DNA of 64,000 nt. It comes from Pseudovirgaria hyperparasitica. Taxonomy: Eukaryota. Where the stretch lies: NCBI GenBank assembly GCA_010093815.1, contig ML996573.1; one strand, written 5' to 3'. Under the pieces are notes generated by a model. The model was given only the letters and a program-made list of their open reading frames with translations, did no database searches and had not been told where the DNA came from. The stretch's first letter is position 1. The number at the start of each line of letters is the position of its first letter. Below are positions 35,680 to 49,183 of this stretch, piece by piece. The translations under genes and the position numbers were made by a program.

Positions 35680-37401
35680 TCAGCCATGCCGCTTCCAATT
35701 CTCCATCAGCCACTTGATCGGATTGAACGTCTCGTCCTTACTCTCAAACACCAGCCTCCTCAGCGCCTCTTCCCGCCACTTCTCACTTCTCTCGTCCAAA
35801 TCTTCCAGCTCCTTCGTCCACATCACCGTCTTGCTCTGCGCGTCCTCGCCGGCGCGATTACCGCCTCCCAGCCACCGAGGCCGCCAACTCTGCGCCCTAC
35901 GCTCCGCGCTCTGCACGTCGTCCTCGGCCATCTCGGCAACCATCAGTTTCATATTGCGCAGGCCTATTTGCGCACACTCCAGGCCCTTGTTCTGCACTTT
36001 GCGCGGCAGGCGGCCGTCGCGAGCGCATTCTTCGGCTTGGGCGATGGCGTCGCGCGTCCAGCGCAAGCCGCTGTCGTGGTCGTTGATTGCGTACAGGATC
36101 TCGCCTATGTAGGTCATGAGCACGGCGTCTTCGCAGTCGTCTTCGGCGCTGCGGGCGAAAGGCTCGTCGCCGGTTGGCGGGACGGGTGGGAATTCAGGGG
36201 GGATGAAGAGCATCTTTAGGGGGTCGAAGATGGTTTTATTGCGTTTTGGGGCGGTTTTCGGTGGGTTTGTGGGTGCTGCGCGGCGGGCGCGAAGGACGGA
36301 GAGGTAGGCTGGGAGAGCGTTGGCGTAGTTGTTTGTTTGGGCGTAGTAGGTTGCCATGGATGTAGAGGCTTGGATGATGTTTGCGGTGGCTGAACTTGGG
36401 GTTTGAATGATGCCTGTTGAGGTGTCGACAATGGTCGATGCATTTGGTATGTTTTTTGTAGCTATGTCGAAGGCCTGCTTGTACTTCTCGTATGCGACGT
36501 CTGGCTGGGAATGGGCTAGAGCCCAGTCGCCGCACCCGATTGCACCCTGAAGATTCTGGCTAGAAGTGAAGCCTACCATGGTCGCAATTTTGTTGTAGTA
36601 TATATCAGCAGGTCTCCAGTACGGTACTGGTCTGCAGAACTCCTCGCGTGGTGGCTCGACGCCAGTAGGTGCCGTTGGTTTCCTATTGGGATTCGATGGA
36701 CCGATAATCTGATCTCCTGACCATGCCACCATATTCCTTGTATCATAGACCCAGCCCTCAAGATGCTCTGCCGCTCGCGCACTTCCCATCAAAACCTCGA
36801 AGTATGCCCGTCGCCACTGTTCGCTTTTATGTCGCACGTCAAAACCTTGTATCCATGTTCCGTTGTGCTTGGGATTATCAGGGCCACCCTCAACACCGTC
36901 ATAGTTTGTACATTCACAGCCAGCCATAGCAAGATTCCAATGTCTTCCAGCTTTCACCCAGTCTGGCTGGCCCAGCCCGCTCCTTGCAGGATCCTCGAAG
37001 CTTTTCGCGGCTCGATAGTGCTTTCTCATAAAGTAATACCATTCTAGAGGTGTTGGATATTTATGTTCTGCCTGAACTTCATTGACACCGTCTATCATAA
37101 ATAGAAGGGCTATGAAGCCTCCGTTGAGAAAAACGAACCATTTCAATGACAATTTTCCCACGAACCACCAGTATGCTCTGTCCTCTGTGGACATCAATCG
37201 GCCTTTATCACCAGGTCTGCCGAAGGTACTGGGGTGTAGAAATGACAATTGAGGCCGTGGCCTGCTGCCTCGAGATATGAAAAGAAGATGCGGTCGGTTG
37301 TTTGCGAAATGTCGAGGTTCGGAGGTGCGATACGAGCGTGTGGACGCCCCTTGAGTTCGTGGAACTGCCAGTCTCTTATAGCAGGCGCGTAAGGGAGGCA
37401 T
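35680..37401 (-). CDS. Conserved fungal protein with mitochondrial-presequence-like N-terminus, one TM and TPR-like helices
   Basis: Arg-rich, acid-poor N-terminus (MPPLRACYKRL...), a single hydrophobic segment, YPTPLEW and helical repeats (ALPAYLSVLRARR, MTYIGEILYA). Confidence 0.8.
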   Translation of the reverse strand: MPPLRACYKRLAVPRTQGASTRSYRTSEPRHFANNRPHLLFISRGSRPRPQLSFLHPSTFGRPGDKGRLMSTEDRAYWWFVGKLSLKWFVFLNGGFIALLFMIDGVNEVQAEHKYPTPLEWYYFMRKHYRAAKSFEDPARSGLGQPDWVKAGRHWNLAMAGCECTNYDGVEGGPDNPKHNGTWIQGFDVRHKSEQWRRAYFEVLMGSARAAEHLEGWVYDTRNMVAWSGDQIIGPSNPNRKPTAPTGVEPPREEFCRPVPYWRPADIYYNKIATMVGFTSSQNLQGAIGCGDWALAHSQPDVAYEKYKQAFDIATKNIPNASTIVDTSTGIIQTPSSATANIIQASTSMATYYAQTNNYANALPAYLSVLRARRAAPTNPPKTAPKRNKTIFDPLKMLFIPPEFPPVPPTGDEPFARSAEDDCEDAVLMTYIGEILYAINDHDSGLRWTRDAIAQAEECARDGRLPRKVQNKGLECAQIGLRNMKLMVAEMAEDDVQSAERRAQSWRPRWLGGGNRAGEDAQSKTVMWTKELEDLDERSEKWREEALRRLVFESKDETFNPIKWLMENWKRHG

Positions 37402-37673
37402 GTTGCCAACAGATCTCCGCAGAGAACAAATCTCGAAGCGCGAGGCTTCAATTGATGCCCTCACGGTTTGACACAGCTAAATGAGAGCCGTGGAGCTTCG
37501 GAGTATCAAGTTGTAGCTAGGCTTGGCTAAGGGCGCGCTAATTAGGATAGGGTTACGGTAGATCACGAGCCCCACATTTTAATGTAAAAAAATACTGAGC
37601 TGTTGACAGCTTCGCGACTCGTAGACGGCGTCATCTACACTACTTTCACAAAAGACTACTCACCTGCTTAAGT

Positions 37674-38818
37674 ATGGCCGAGCCTAAATACAAGAAGAAG
37701 GTCCTGCCTCTGAAGGCGGATAGAAAAGAGAAGAAGAAGGAGAAAAAGGCGCACAAGATGGCGACTTTGGACAAGAAAAGCAAGAAGGGCAAATCGACGG
37801 AGCAAGCAGCACCAGAGGCTGTTCCCGGGGACAATAATGCGACCGGTTTTATTTCACTCTCAGGGGCTGTGTCGGAACCTGAGACGCCAGTCACCCACAT
37901 CAGCTATTCCAACGCTCCTGCTTCACATAATAAGAAAAGAAAATTCGAAGAGGACGTTACTAGCGCGGAGCAGCCCAAAGAATCTTCCAAAATAAAACCT
38001 AAGGAAGCAGGAAAAGAGGAGCCACAACGAAAGAAGCCGAAGCGCAACCCTTTGAAATACTCGAAAGAGGGCCGCGCACAACTGAAGAAAGAGCAGCAAG
38101 AGCGCCTAGCCAAGACTGGGTTCAAGCATGTGCCCTATGGGAACAGAGAGAATGCTCAACAGAAGGATGGGAAGCCGAAGCATATCAAGAAAGCTTCCAG
38201 TGGGCAAAATGACGATGAGGGCAACGGAGAAGCCAAGGAACACCGCTTTATCTGCTTCATAGGACAGCTTCCCAAGACCTCAACAGTAGAGCATGTGAAA
38301 CAGCACTTCGCCAAAATTGAACCGGAGAGTATACGTCTATCTACAGACAAACAGACTGGCAAGGGCAAAGGCTTTGGTTTCATTGAGTTTGCAGACTACG
38401 ACCGGATGAAGACATGTCTTAAGTTATACCACCACTCTTTATTCGATGATGGCATCAGCAAACCGCGCAAGATCAACGTTGAGCTCACGTAAGTTTGCAA
38501 TGGTCGCTCAATACCAACGGACATGCAAGCTAACACGATAACAGCGCCGGAGGAGGAGGTGCCAAGTCAGAAGTACGCGCACTACGAATTCGTGAGAAGA
38601 ATGCCAAGCTAGACGACGAGCGCGCACGACGCCGAGAGAATGAAGACGCGGAGAAGACTGTGGAACAAAAGCAGGCCGAGAGAGAGAAAAAGAAGAAGGC
38701 TCGTGGCAAGAAGAGTAAAGAGGGCGAGCCTGAGGCTGATACAGGCCCGGCAGTAGATGATAATGGGGAGAGCACTGAAGGAATACATCCGGCGCGACTG
38801 GCCATGTTAGGTCGCTGA
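37674..38818 (+). CDS. NOP6: Nucleolar RRM protein, Nop6-like, 2 exons
   Basis: Lys-rich N-terminus, RNP2 CFIGQL and RNP1 KGFGFIEF. Intron 38489-38544 gives RKINVELTAGGGG. C-terminal GIHPARLAM. Head-to-head with the previous gene, about 270 bp apart. Confidence 0.8.
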
Positions 38819-40629
38819 AGATGGTTGTTGGAGTCGAGGATTGACTGGTTATGATCGGACCATGCTTGGAAAATGACTATCTAGCATTGAACGACATTGA
38901 GATGGGCTCTTAAGGTGTGTTGGTCGACATTCTCATCCCTGGACTGAACTCCTGATCAATGCGAGATGACGAGCGTTCGACCGTCATATATTGATGCCTC
39001 AGGATCCGTTCTCGGGAAAGCTAAGATCTATGTACCAATTTTTAGCTATGCTGCTGCATACCATAACTCAGAGATGGAGCTACTGCGATCTATGCACTAT
39101 CCTCTATGTAGTGGCACATTGTCTATTGGATGCATGTGAGTAGTATTGGTCTGGATTGCATTCTTACTTATGCAGTACTACTGGAACTCACATGGCTGGG
39201 GCGGTTCGGATTCTCCCGAGGAACACGTCCACATCTTGTCTAGGCGCACGGATCCTTGGAACTTTTTGACGGCGCAGGCTAGGTCACCACTGTTTCGATC
39301 CGCATTGCTGTTCCAGTGTTCGGGCGGCATCATGAAAGTGCAGAACAGTCGAACAAAGAACATTATATGCAATGGCTTTGAGCATAAGTAATTACTGTGG
39401 AGCAACAGGGTTCTAGAAGATGCATGGATGAGATGGGATGGGTAGGTCTCAAGTACGAAGGGGGCGCTCAGCGTGTTTCATCACTGGTACGGGGCCACAT
39501 CCGAGTACCTGATTGGCGAGAGTCATGTAAAACCCCTGAATGGCATGCAGGGGAGCAGCTCGTGCAGCGATTTGTGGACAGCAGCACGATACCTCGTTGG
39601 ACTTACTGTGTGCTGGAATCAGTTAGCTACATAGGATAATAGCTGGATAGGTACGTGGAGGGTATAGGTAGATTACAGGTAAAGGAAGTTCAGCTCAGGC
39701 TACTACCCGTGCCGTCGTCATTATCTTTCCTCGTCTTTTTTAACGTTTTTCCTCCGACGCGTGTTCTCTTCCTCTTGTTTCCCTTCCGCACGAGCAATTC
39801 ATTCCATTCTTGTCTCTACGAGCGTTTTCCACGCAAAGGACGCCTACTGCATGTTTGCATGCTGCAGCTCGGCCGGTACTGATCCAACTCCCGAACAACG
39901 ACGGCGATCCGGAGCACTGCAAGCCAGCTAGACGTGCAGAACGGCCCGCTACGTTTTTGCTCTGCAGCAGCGGCAGCTTCAAAGTGTCTTACAGACAAAC
40001 GAACAATATCTGCTTTCCCTCTTTCTCGACCTTACATTCATCCTGCTGTCTGTCTGGAATCCTCCCACTAGTCTGTCCACAGCACAGCCAGCTGTCAGCG
40101 TGTTTCTGTGGCTCCATAGGACTGCTCGTGGCAGCCACGTCGGGTGAGTAACCTTTCTGGTACGTGCCCTTGTACCTGACTGCACCTGATCCCAGCCGCG
40201 TGGAGCCCCAAGCTTCCAACCGTTCATCCTGGTCGCGAGCTTTTGTCCCCTTTTATTAGAGAATCTCAAGAATTTACCCAGGCCGCCTTGCCATTATGGA
40301 GTAGTAACACTTTAGCTGACGTGACTGGAGAAGTCTTTTTTCAGCAGCAGCAGCACGCCTCCGATCTTTGTCTCCCGTCATTCTCGACCTCAACCTCATC
40401 AAACCATCCTCTTTCGTCGACTTCTTCCATTTCAGCTGTCAAGCAGGCTCTGCGACCCTGTCTGACCCTTTCATCCGTTCCTGAGACAAGCGCCAATTTG
40501 AAAGGGCTCCACCTCTTGCGGGTAATAGCGTTCTTCTCATTGTTTGGTCTGCGGTGCCCCCTTCATTTAAGGCTGCATTCTCGTTCCGCACCCGTGTATA
40601 GATAACGTGATCACCTGCCGCCGTTCACC

Positions 40630-42568
40630 ATGGCTACCGCTACACCTCCCCGCCAGGCCAGCGCTCAGCCCTCCATCGAAACAACCGCCTTACCTGCGAT
40701 CCCAAAACGAGAACAAGCTGAACAGTCACCTATCTCGCCGCGCCTCGAGCCACGACGCTCAAGTTTCAATTTCCTCAGGCGCTCCTCTGAGTCTGGCAAG
40801 ATGAGCAAAAAACAGAAGGCGCAGCAGGAACTCTTGCGCCAACGTCAAGCACAGCTTCTCCCACAAGAAGCTCCACGCCTACCGTCTCACTCTCCGCTCC
40901 CAACTATAAACACCTTTGGAGGTGAAGAAGCTCGTCCTGATTCTGTCGCCATCGCTACCGGTCAATTTGAACCACAACAAAACGCGCGCCGTACAACATC
41001 TCAAGGTTCTCTACATCATAGAAGCATGAATTTCAGTCGCGTCAGTCCTGTCCCGAATCCGATCAGGCCTCCGCCTATTCCTGGAAGCAATGGAGAGTAC
41101 GTAGATCCGTACCCCAGGACTGAAAGTATGACGCATCGCGGTCGCTACAGCTATGCTAGTAGTACCATGTCGTCCATCAATAGTCCTCGGCGCGTGCGTA
41201 GACGTAAAGATCCAACACCCTTCAAGTAAGCTTCTCTCAAAACTCTCGTCGCACTCTTTCTGACGGCATTACAGCATTTTGGTCATTGGCGCGAAGAATT
41301 CTGGAAAGACGTCCTTCATCAATTTCCTACGAACTGCTTTGGCTTTGCCAGCAAACAAACGTCAACAAAGCCCCCCGCAGCACCCCAGACAGCCCGAATC
41401 GGTCATTGACTCTCCATTCACGTCCGAATACCTCGAGACTGAGATTGATCATGAAAGAGTTGGCATTACGATCTGGGATTCGCAAGGTCTGGAGAAGAAT
41501 ATTGTTGATCTTCAACTGAGAGAGATGGCTACTTTCCTCGAGGGTAAGTTTGAAGAAACTTTTGCTGAGGAACAAAAAGTAGTCCGTGCTCTTGGTGTAT
41601 GGGACACCTACATTCACTGCGCCTTCCTGGTTCTCGATCCAGTGAGACTGGATGCGAATCTGTCGGCTGCGGCTCGTAGCGCAAAGACCGGCAACAAGAG
41701 CTCTCTTGAGCAAAAGCTTATTGGTGGCCTTGATGACGACCTAGACCTCCAGATTCTTCGGACTCTACAGGGTAAGACCACTGTGATTCCAGTCATCAGT
41801 AAGGCGGACACGATTACGACGAAGCATATGGCACGCTTGAAGAAGGTCGTCTGGGACAGTCTGAAGCAGGCAAAGCTGGATCCGCTGGAGGCACTCGACC
41901 TAGACGAATCGGACTCGGAGGCCCTTGATGAGCGTGATGAAGACGACGCTGTGCATTCCGACAAGGAGGACGAGGAGAAGTCCTCAGTGTTGAACAACTT
42001 GAAGGAAGGCGACTCTTCCGATGAGACGGACACAAACTCCGACAAGGCCTCTACCAGCCCCTCATCCCCACCTCGTCCATCTCCCGACGCTAAAAGGCCC
42101 ACTCACACGCGTAAAGCGTCCGCTATGTCTGCAACTATCGCGTCTAGCCCTTCCAAGGATGATGCCGAGCTGCCATACCTCCCAATGTCCATCATATCGC
42201 CGGACATTTATGAGCCTGAGGTTATTGGTCGCCAATTTCCGTGGGGCTTCGCAGATCCATACAATGTTGAACACTGCGACTTCATCCGATTGAAGGAGAG
42301 TATCTTTCGCGAATGGCGGACTGAACTGAGGGCCGCAAGTCGTGAACGCTGGTATGAAGATTGGAGAACGAGCAGGCTCAACCGGAGCGGCGACCCACAA
42401 CAGCGTCGTGTCAAGACTGGCGATGGCAAAAGACGGGGTCCTAGCCCTGGTAGTCTCATGCCCCTTCCGAATGGTGCAGTTCGCGCAACGAGCGCTGGCG
42501 GTTATTCTTCCGAGAATACCAAACCACAATACCAGCCATACCGACCCCCTGTTCAGAACCAGTTTTAA
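40630..42568 (+). CDS. Septin, probably group 5 (AspE-like), 2 exons
   Basis: Polybasic RRVRRRKD before G1 GAKNSGKTS, G3 DSQG, G4 SKAD and septin-unique GRQFPWG...HCDF. Intron 41226-41274. Confidence 0.85.
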
Positions 42569-45500
42569 GTGTCACCCGCGAGCAGTTGAAGAGACCTCCA
42601 AGTATCTATCTACTGCATCGCTACATCGCTACACATAGCACTATCGATGACGGACCCTCATACATTCCGTCGTCTGATCTTTTTTGTCGCAACACACGAG
42701 TGTCGACCTGGTCGCTGGTCGTGCTTGAGTTTATAACTCTTGTTTCGTAACATTGTACACCGAGCATGCATTTCCTTTGTTGTTCTATTATCGATATCCC
42801 TAGTCTGACAGCCGAAAATTGCTCTTTTCTCACGAAGAACCCGCTCTCTGGGGCCGCTGGTTCAATGATTGACGGCTTCGACGTTCACGTTTCTACTTCG
42901 ATGTACGGTCGGATCGCAAAGATCTGCTGGAGGGATTCTTGGAGGCGGATTTGACAAGAGGGTTACGTATACGACGAGCCTACCGTATTCGGGCTTTTTC
43001 GTCTGGTTTATGTCATATACTTTGATTCCCTTTCGTAGCAGCGGCGCGACAGGCGCATTTTTTTGAGAGGGCTTTTCACAGACAGGGTGGCTTTCTAAGA
43101 ATGCGTCTTTCGTCCAAGGAAGCGAGAATGGGTTTTTGTAGTCCATGCAAAGTCAAATTCAAGAAAATTACTATTACATAAGTAGATGACTTTTATTATT
43201 TTTATTGTGACAGCGTAGAAGGTTTTGAATAGGGTAATTATCATGCAGAACAGGCGAAGTGTTGCGACGAAATTTAGCGCAAAGACATCGCGAACCTTCC
43301 GTCGCTCGGCCTATCATCCAGATTGCCAATGATTATTCTTAAATCTCTTTTTTCTTCTTGTAGGGAGTGAAAATAGCAGTAGACGCTGACAGTAAGTGAT
43401 ATATCGCCATCAGCCCACAACCTAGATCCAATGGATATGCGCCTCCTGCAGGAAACAAGATGAAGCCACATATATATATTCCCCGTCGGAGCGTCTTATG
43501 GATTCAAATTACCACAGAGTCGGTCTTTTACAATTGATGAAATTGTTGACTTGATTTAGATACATACTCTTGCGCGTTTGCCTAAATGGGTAATTACCTA
43601 CTACTGTACCTGTTTACATTGCGTACCTGCATACATAGTATGCCTATAGCCGGGCCTGGATCCCTGGTCTTGGGGATGAAAATGTAGGTACTAGTAGGTA
43701 GTCTGAGATGGATGACGTCAGGTTATAAGACACTGGGGTAGGCAAGTCTACTACCTATCATTGAATGGCATGTTTTTTTTCGGTTATTCTTGAAGATTGA
43801 TAATGGAAGGCGTGGAAATGGCTTTGATTTGGGAGACGCGTTGCTGGGGTGTTGGTGTATAGGTAGTAGTAGTCGTAGTCTGATTCATCAGATAGAGCTG
43901 TAATTATGACGCGTGGTGTTGTTATGTTTTGATTTTTGGAAGCCCCGCATATCGTACGTTGTAGGTAGCTTGTGATTCGATGTATAGAAGCCTGGATAAT
44001 TACAGCTTGCGCAATCAATGGAAACAGAAGGTGATTGTTTGGAACATATATCGCCACGACACGACTTTGTGTGAACAGATATCACGTCTCCAGACGGTAA
44101 TTGCAAGATTGGATGGGATGCGATGGACAAGTAAGTAAGCAAGTCTTCAGAGTTCAGTCAGTCATTCGAGACCTTGTGGTGGCGGTTGGTTGCGTAAAGG
44201 CGTGTGAAGTCTCCGATACCGCGGAAAGTCTCCTGAGCCTGCGTATGGATCGTGTGAATGAATGAATGCATTAGATCGGCGATCTCGAGAGTATTGAGTA
44301 CGTAGGTAGGCAGATATCGGATTAATGCTCGGTCACGGTGTTTATCGTGTTGTGACTGTTCTGCAGCTCCGCAGTTCAGTCGACCGACCGTCCGTCGTTT
44401 AGTAACGGGACGCATCTAACATGTCATCCGATGGCTGCCTGGCTTGTTTGTTCCGGCAAAGAGGCTTTTTAAGCTTCTAAAGAGAATGAATACTACTAAT
44501 ACGGCATTTCGACGATCGTGTAGGATTCGCCATCGGGAAGGATAAAGGGAAGGGGTGCATGGATTTTTATCTTCCCGGCGGGGGTCCTTTGTCTTCGGTT
44601 CGGCATGTACGAAAGCAAAAGTGTTGACAGGGAACAGGCTCGCAAGGGATGCACATCGCAAACAATGGTATTGCTTGCTGATCGACTTGAGGCGAGAGAG
44701 CCGTGAAACCCCGGCGTATGCCATCCATCTATAGTGTGGTGGGCGCTCCTAAGGCTCTTGTGGCACGTCTCACCAGGTTGTGTAGCTTCTCTTTTGAACA
44801 GTCTCATATTACCTCTGGTATGCAGCAAAGACCACCGGTGATGAGTTAGAATATTGCAGGAGGTTGTTATCGGCAGCAACAGTTCTCTGGCTGGCCTGTG
44901 GTTCTGTTCTGTAGCAGACAACTAATGAAGGGCTCTGTTCTCTCTGTGGCGCTGGCTGGGAGGACACACGCGGAGAAGGCAGTGGGGGTGGGGGAATGTC
45001 GGCGCGGAGACGGGGGATGGGATTGCGCCTCTTCTTTGCTTGCGTTCCCCCGGCAGACGCCCTCCCTCCGTCATTTCAATTTCGGGCTTGATGGGCTCGG
45101 CAGTGGGATGATGGAAGGGAGGCTGGTCGGCTGTAAGGCTGGAGATGGGCGACTGACGAGTAACGTGATGTTTTTGAGGATGGATGCGAAGTTCGACTGT
45201 CCTTTTCATGTGCTTGCTTCTGTTCTATTACAACCAAGCCTTGGGCATGGCGGGAAAGGCTTGCGGCCAACGGGTTGCCTAAAGTGAATTCTCCGTTTGA
45301 AGGGGGGGGGCCCACAACAACCACATGCACACTTTACCAAACCAAATAACAAATTAGACTTTCAAGCCCTCTATACCATACAGTATTACCAGTCTCACTG
45401 TGACTGCAAACCAGGTGGATGAAATCGTGGAGATCGACAAGGTTGCGCCACGGTCCGCTCGTAACGAGCAGCCCTGTCCGAATATCCAAGCAAGCCCTCC

Positions 45501-46015
45501 GTTTCTGCTCGAGGCCGTCTTACAATGTCTCACATCATGGATTGATATACCATGCTGCTGTTTGCTCCTTGCATTTAAGGAAATGATACAATATAATATA
45601 GTCCGTCTGCCACGTAACCGGAGCCGAGGATACCCCAGGGATAGTGGGATAGGATCATCCTGCGTCTCTTGGGTTCTTTTGACTTGCATGTCCACTCGCA
45701 AGTCTCGCACTATGTTTCGCGCCGCATTTGCCAACAGGCGCCTTGACCGCCATCCCGGGGTCAGGGGGGGGAGGGAGGAGGAGGAGGAGGATGCCAGGTG
45801 GGTTGCTGTCATAACTGTCACTCGCCGCCTCTTCCTACTACTTTATCGCCGAGAATGTATCTACATTCCTTCCTGTGGTCCGCTTCCTCCATCGTACCTA
45901 TATCATCCGCTCAATAACCAACGGTCATGCCTTCAGACCTGTTGCGCTGTTCACTGTGAACCGGTCGCCGCATGCAGCTTCTCGTGAGCATTCTTTGAGT
46001 CTGACTCGGCCGAGA

Positions 46016-48118
46016 ATGCTGGAGACCCAAGGCCGTTGTCCCGATTGCACCCACGACTCAACACCACGCCGAGGCCCTCGGACTTCTGCGCCTGAGCGGT
46101 CCACTGTCGAAATGCTTGCGACTCATACCACCGACGACGCCAAACACCTATCCTGTCCTCCTCTTGTGTACGATACTGAGCTCTGGGACAAGGACGTGCT
46201 ACAGCTTGGCGAAGGAGAGACGGAGGATGAGCTAGACGAGCTTCATGCGCTGCAAGCAAGAGAAGCGGGGATCGAAGCGGATGTGCAGGACGAGACTTGT
46301 TCTGACACTCAAGAGATCTCAGCCATCCTATCGTCCTTGGGCGTCTCCAGTCCGCACCCAAGCTCCATCTCACTGCACTCATCGCTATCCACGAACATCA
46401 CAAACCGATCGCGAAGTTCGCGCGACACGCAGACTGATGCGTCGTCTCTGTCCGCACCAAGATCAACCTCTCGACTATCGAAAAGTAAGCTTTCCACTTC
46501 GAGTCACAGTAGCTATGATTCTGTCATCGACAACATCCGGCCACGGCTGCCATCGAGGTCAGCTTCGGCAGCATCCAGTGCGCCGACATTCTCCTTCGCA
46601 TTCGGGTCAAAGACCAAAAGACCCAAGTCGCTGAATATAAGAAGCGGATCTTTGTCGTTTTTCCGGAAAGGCCAAAGGTGAGTGCGCTGTCCTTGAACTG
46701 TTTCTTTCTGCAGCGCTCATGACATTGTTTCTAGTCAATGCTACTCCTGCACTTGCCACGGCTACGACACAGGATCGACACCACAAAAGCTACACAGATC
46801 AATCCGATATCCTGTAGCGACGTCCTTGTCATCGGACGGTCATGCTCCACTGCAGGGACTGAAATGCGGGCATCGCCTGACCAACTTCGCCATACGGATG
46901 CATATCAGGGAAGCTCTCGAGATGGATCAGAAGATCCCTCCGAGCTGCTGTGGCGTACCTATCCCTGCATCTGTACTGACCAGAGTGATGAGCGAGGCCG
47001 AACTCGACAGTCTAGAGCGCGAATTAGCTATCTCCTATGGCGTTGATCGTAAAGATAGTATGAGTGAAGTCAATGTTGCTGCGATATCGCGCCGAACGAC
47101 ACCGACGCCGTTAGAACTAAACGTGGCTATACCACCGTATGGCCCTTTGTTGAGTCCAATACAATTAGACATTGGTGTTGCGACACAGAATCCTGTTTAT
47201 CTCTCATCCCCTACGCATCCCTTACCTACATCACCACGACGGCGATCGATCTCGAATTCGCGATCTAGTGCCAATGATGCCGATCGAGAAGATACGGCGA
47301 CTCAGGATCAAGCATTCGCATCGCTCCGGAACCAGCAACGAGAACAATACTCGAGGGCTCGTGACTTTGAATTCCGACAACGACGCGTTATTGAGGTTCA
47401 CTACGACCGTCTTCGGTCAGACTATTGGGCACTCCATCAACAAGAGAGGAAGGACATTGAGGCCGAGCACAGACATGCCATCGAGACCTTGGAGGAGATG
47501 CAAATGGACCGTGAAGTCGAGCTCCGCTTGCTGCAAGACGAGGAGCGTCAAAATGTCGCCACTGCTCTAAAGTACATGGAAGCATATTGCGGCGTGGTCG
47601 CGCGCGGTGCCCTACCACCAAGTGAACCAGCCGGCTTGCGGCGGACAGTCACAGACCAAGACCGATTGAAGCTCCAACAGCAGTACATCCTCCGCGACGG
47701 GCTGGAGAAGAAGCATGAAGCTGCAGTCAACGTCCTGCGCGCGAAACAGGAGCGAGCAGTGCAGAACAGGCAAAAGAAGCAACATGAGGAGCTGTCGGCA
47801 AATGACCGCAGTTTCGAAGCCGAGCTGACTTATTTGACAAGTCTTCAAGCCAAGGACCTTGAGAGAGTGGAACAGCTTGCCGCATCACGGAGGAGACGGC
47901 TTGATAGACGATGGTACATCAAATTCGAGCTATGGAGGAAGGAGAAAGGAGAGCAGCAGCGGGATTTTTCATGGTCATCGTCCACGATGCAGATCCGGTA
48001 CCAGTGGCCGGATCCTTTGGGAAGTGCGGGCGAGCTGAAGTCGGACGCAGGGAGAGGTCTGGACGTGCTGTCTCGGACGTATAGGTTGAAGCCGTCGGCT
48101 AATTGGAAGGTTTACTGA
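46016..48118 (+). CDS. Protein with a RING/IBR-like Cys cluster and a long coiled coil, 2 exons
   Basis: Intron 46678-46734 joins a Ser-rich exon in frame to CYSCTCH...LKCGH...PPSCCGVPIP and a coiled-coil region. Start is 46016 or 46112. Confidence 0.75.
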
Positions 48119-49183
48119 AGAGTTGGATATACCCCCCCCCTCCCCCTTTAGAGTTTTCAGGAGCTACGAAGTCAGGCCTCGTGAGCGCTTTTTGTCTGTC
48201 TGTTTTGCAATGCAATCTCGTAGTCTGCGACTAGTAGTGCCTCATGCTATGGTCTATGTAGTGCACTTTATTATACCCATCGAAAGAGAAGATATGTTTC
48301 TTTTCTCTCCCTCTAGGCTTGCGCGACATATCATCCTCATATTGGCGAGAGTACCATTTCATATTGGTCCCAACGTCGACTTTGTCACTTATCAAACGAT
48401 TATTGGATACCAAACAGCGGGCCACTATGCCGACCAGTTCTTCACCCAGCCTCCTCTCACATCTATAACACATCACGTATTTTTCATCCAAGACTAGATA
48501 TCAGAATCGCGCGATCCCCCGGCCTTCTATCCCGCATTGGTCATGGACTTGATGAGTGGTAGAACATCGGAATGGTACGGTTCTGCCTTTCTGACCCCAT
48601 GACCTCAGCTCTAAATCCTTAGTATCGAAAGACTATCTGTTTTGGTTCGAGAATAGGCATATCCGGATGGTGCGGACAGTCATCGAAGGTTGACTTTCAT
48701 GATTCCTCAGTCTAGATGATATGGAAAGTCCAGTATGATGGCTGATCGAGCGAGCCTTAGAGGCTGTGCTCAAGCCCATTCAGGCCAAGACATACGGGGG
48801 CATCACGACTCACGAAGTTAGAACAAGAAGAAAGAGTTACATGGCCGTCGTGTCGTAAGGTCGGTAGGCACCACCAGCCTCCTGCGGCAACTGGGACTTG
48901 TACCGTAAGTCGGGAAAGCATGATGGCCTACCTGACAACACTATATCTTTCGCGCTTGTTGGCCAATATTGACTTAATCCACTCAACCGACAATGCTTCG
49001 TCCCATGGTCAAGCGAAAACGTCGCCCATTTTTATTCTCTCATTCTTAAGCCGCCACGTTTAAAGGCGCACTTTATACATGATGGACAAACTTATAAATA
49101 CCACTGTCCGTCTCTTCGACAGCATCCACTGCACATACCAAACCACCAGATTTCGCCTCAGTCAATTCTCTCTTCACAGCGAT

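Noticed and set aside
43200..45900. Short ORFs in the long intergenic region (likewise 17150-19250 and 38850-40600)
   Set aside because: No motifs, codon bias or splice patterns that build a credible gene.
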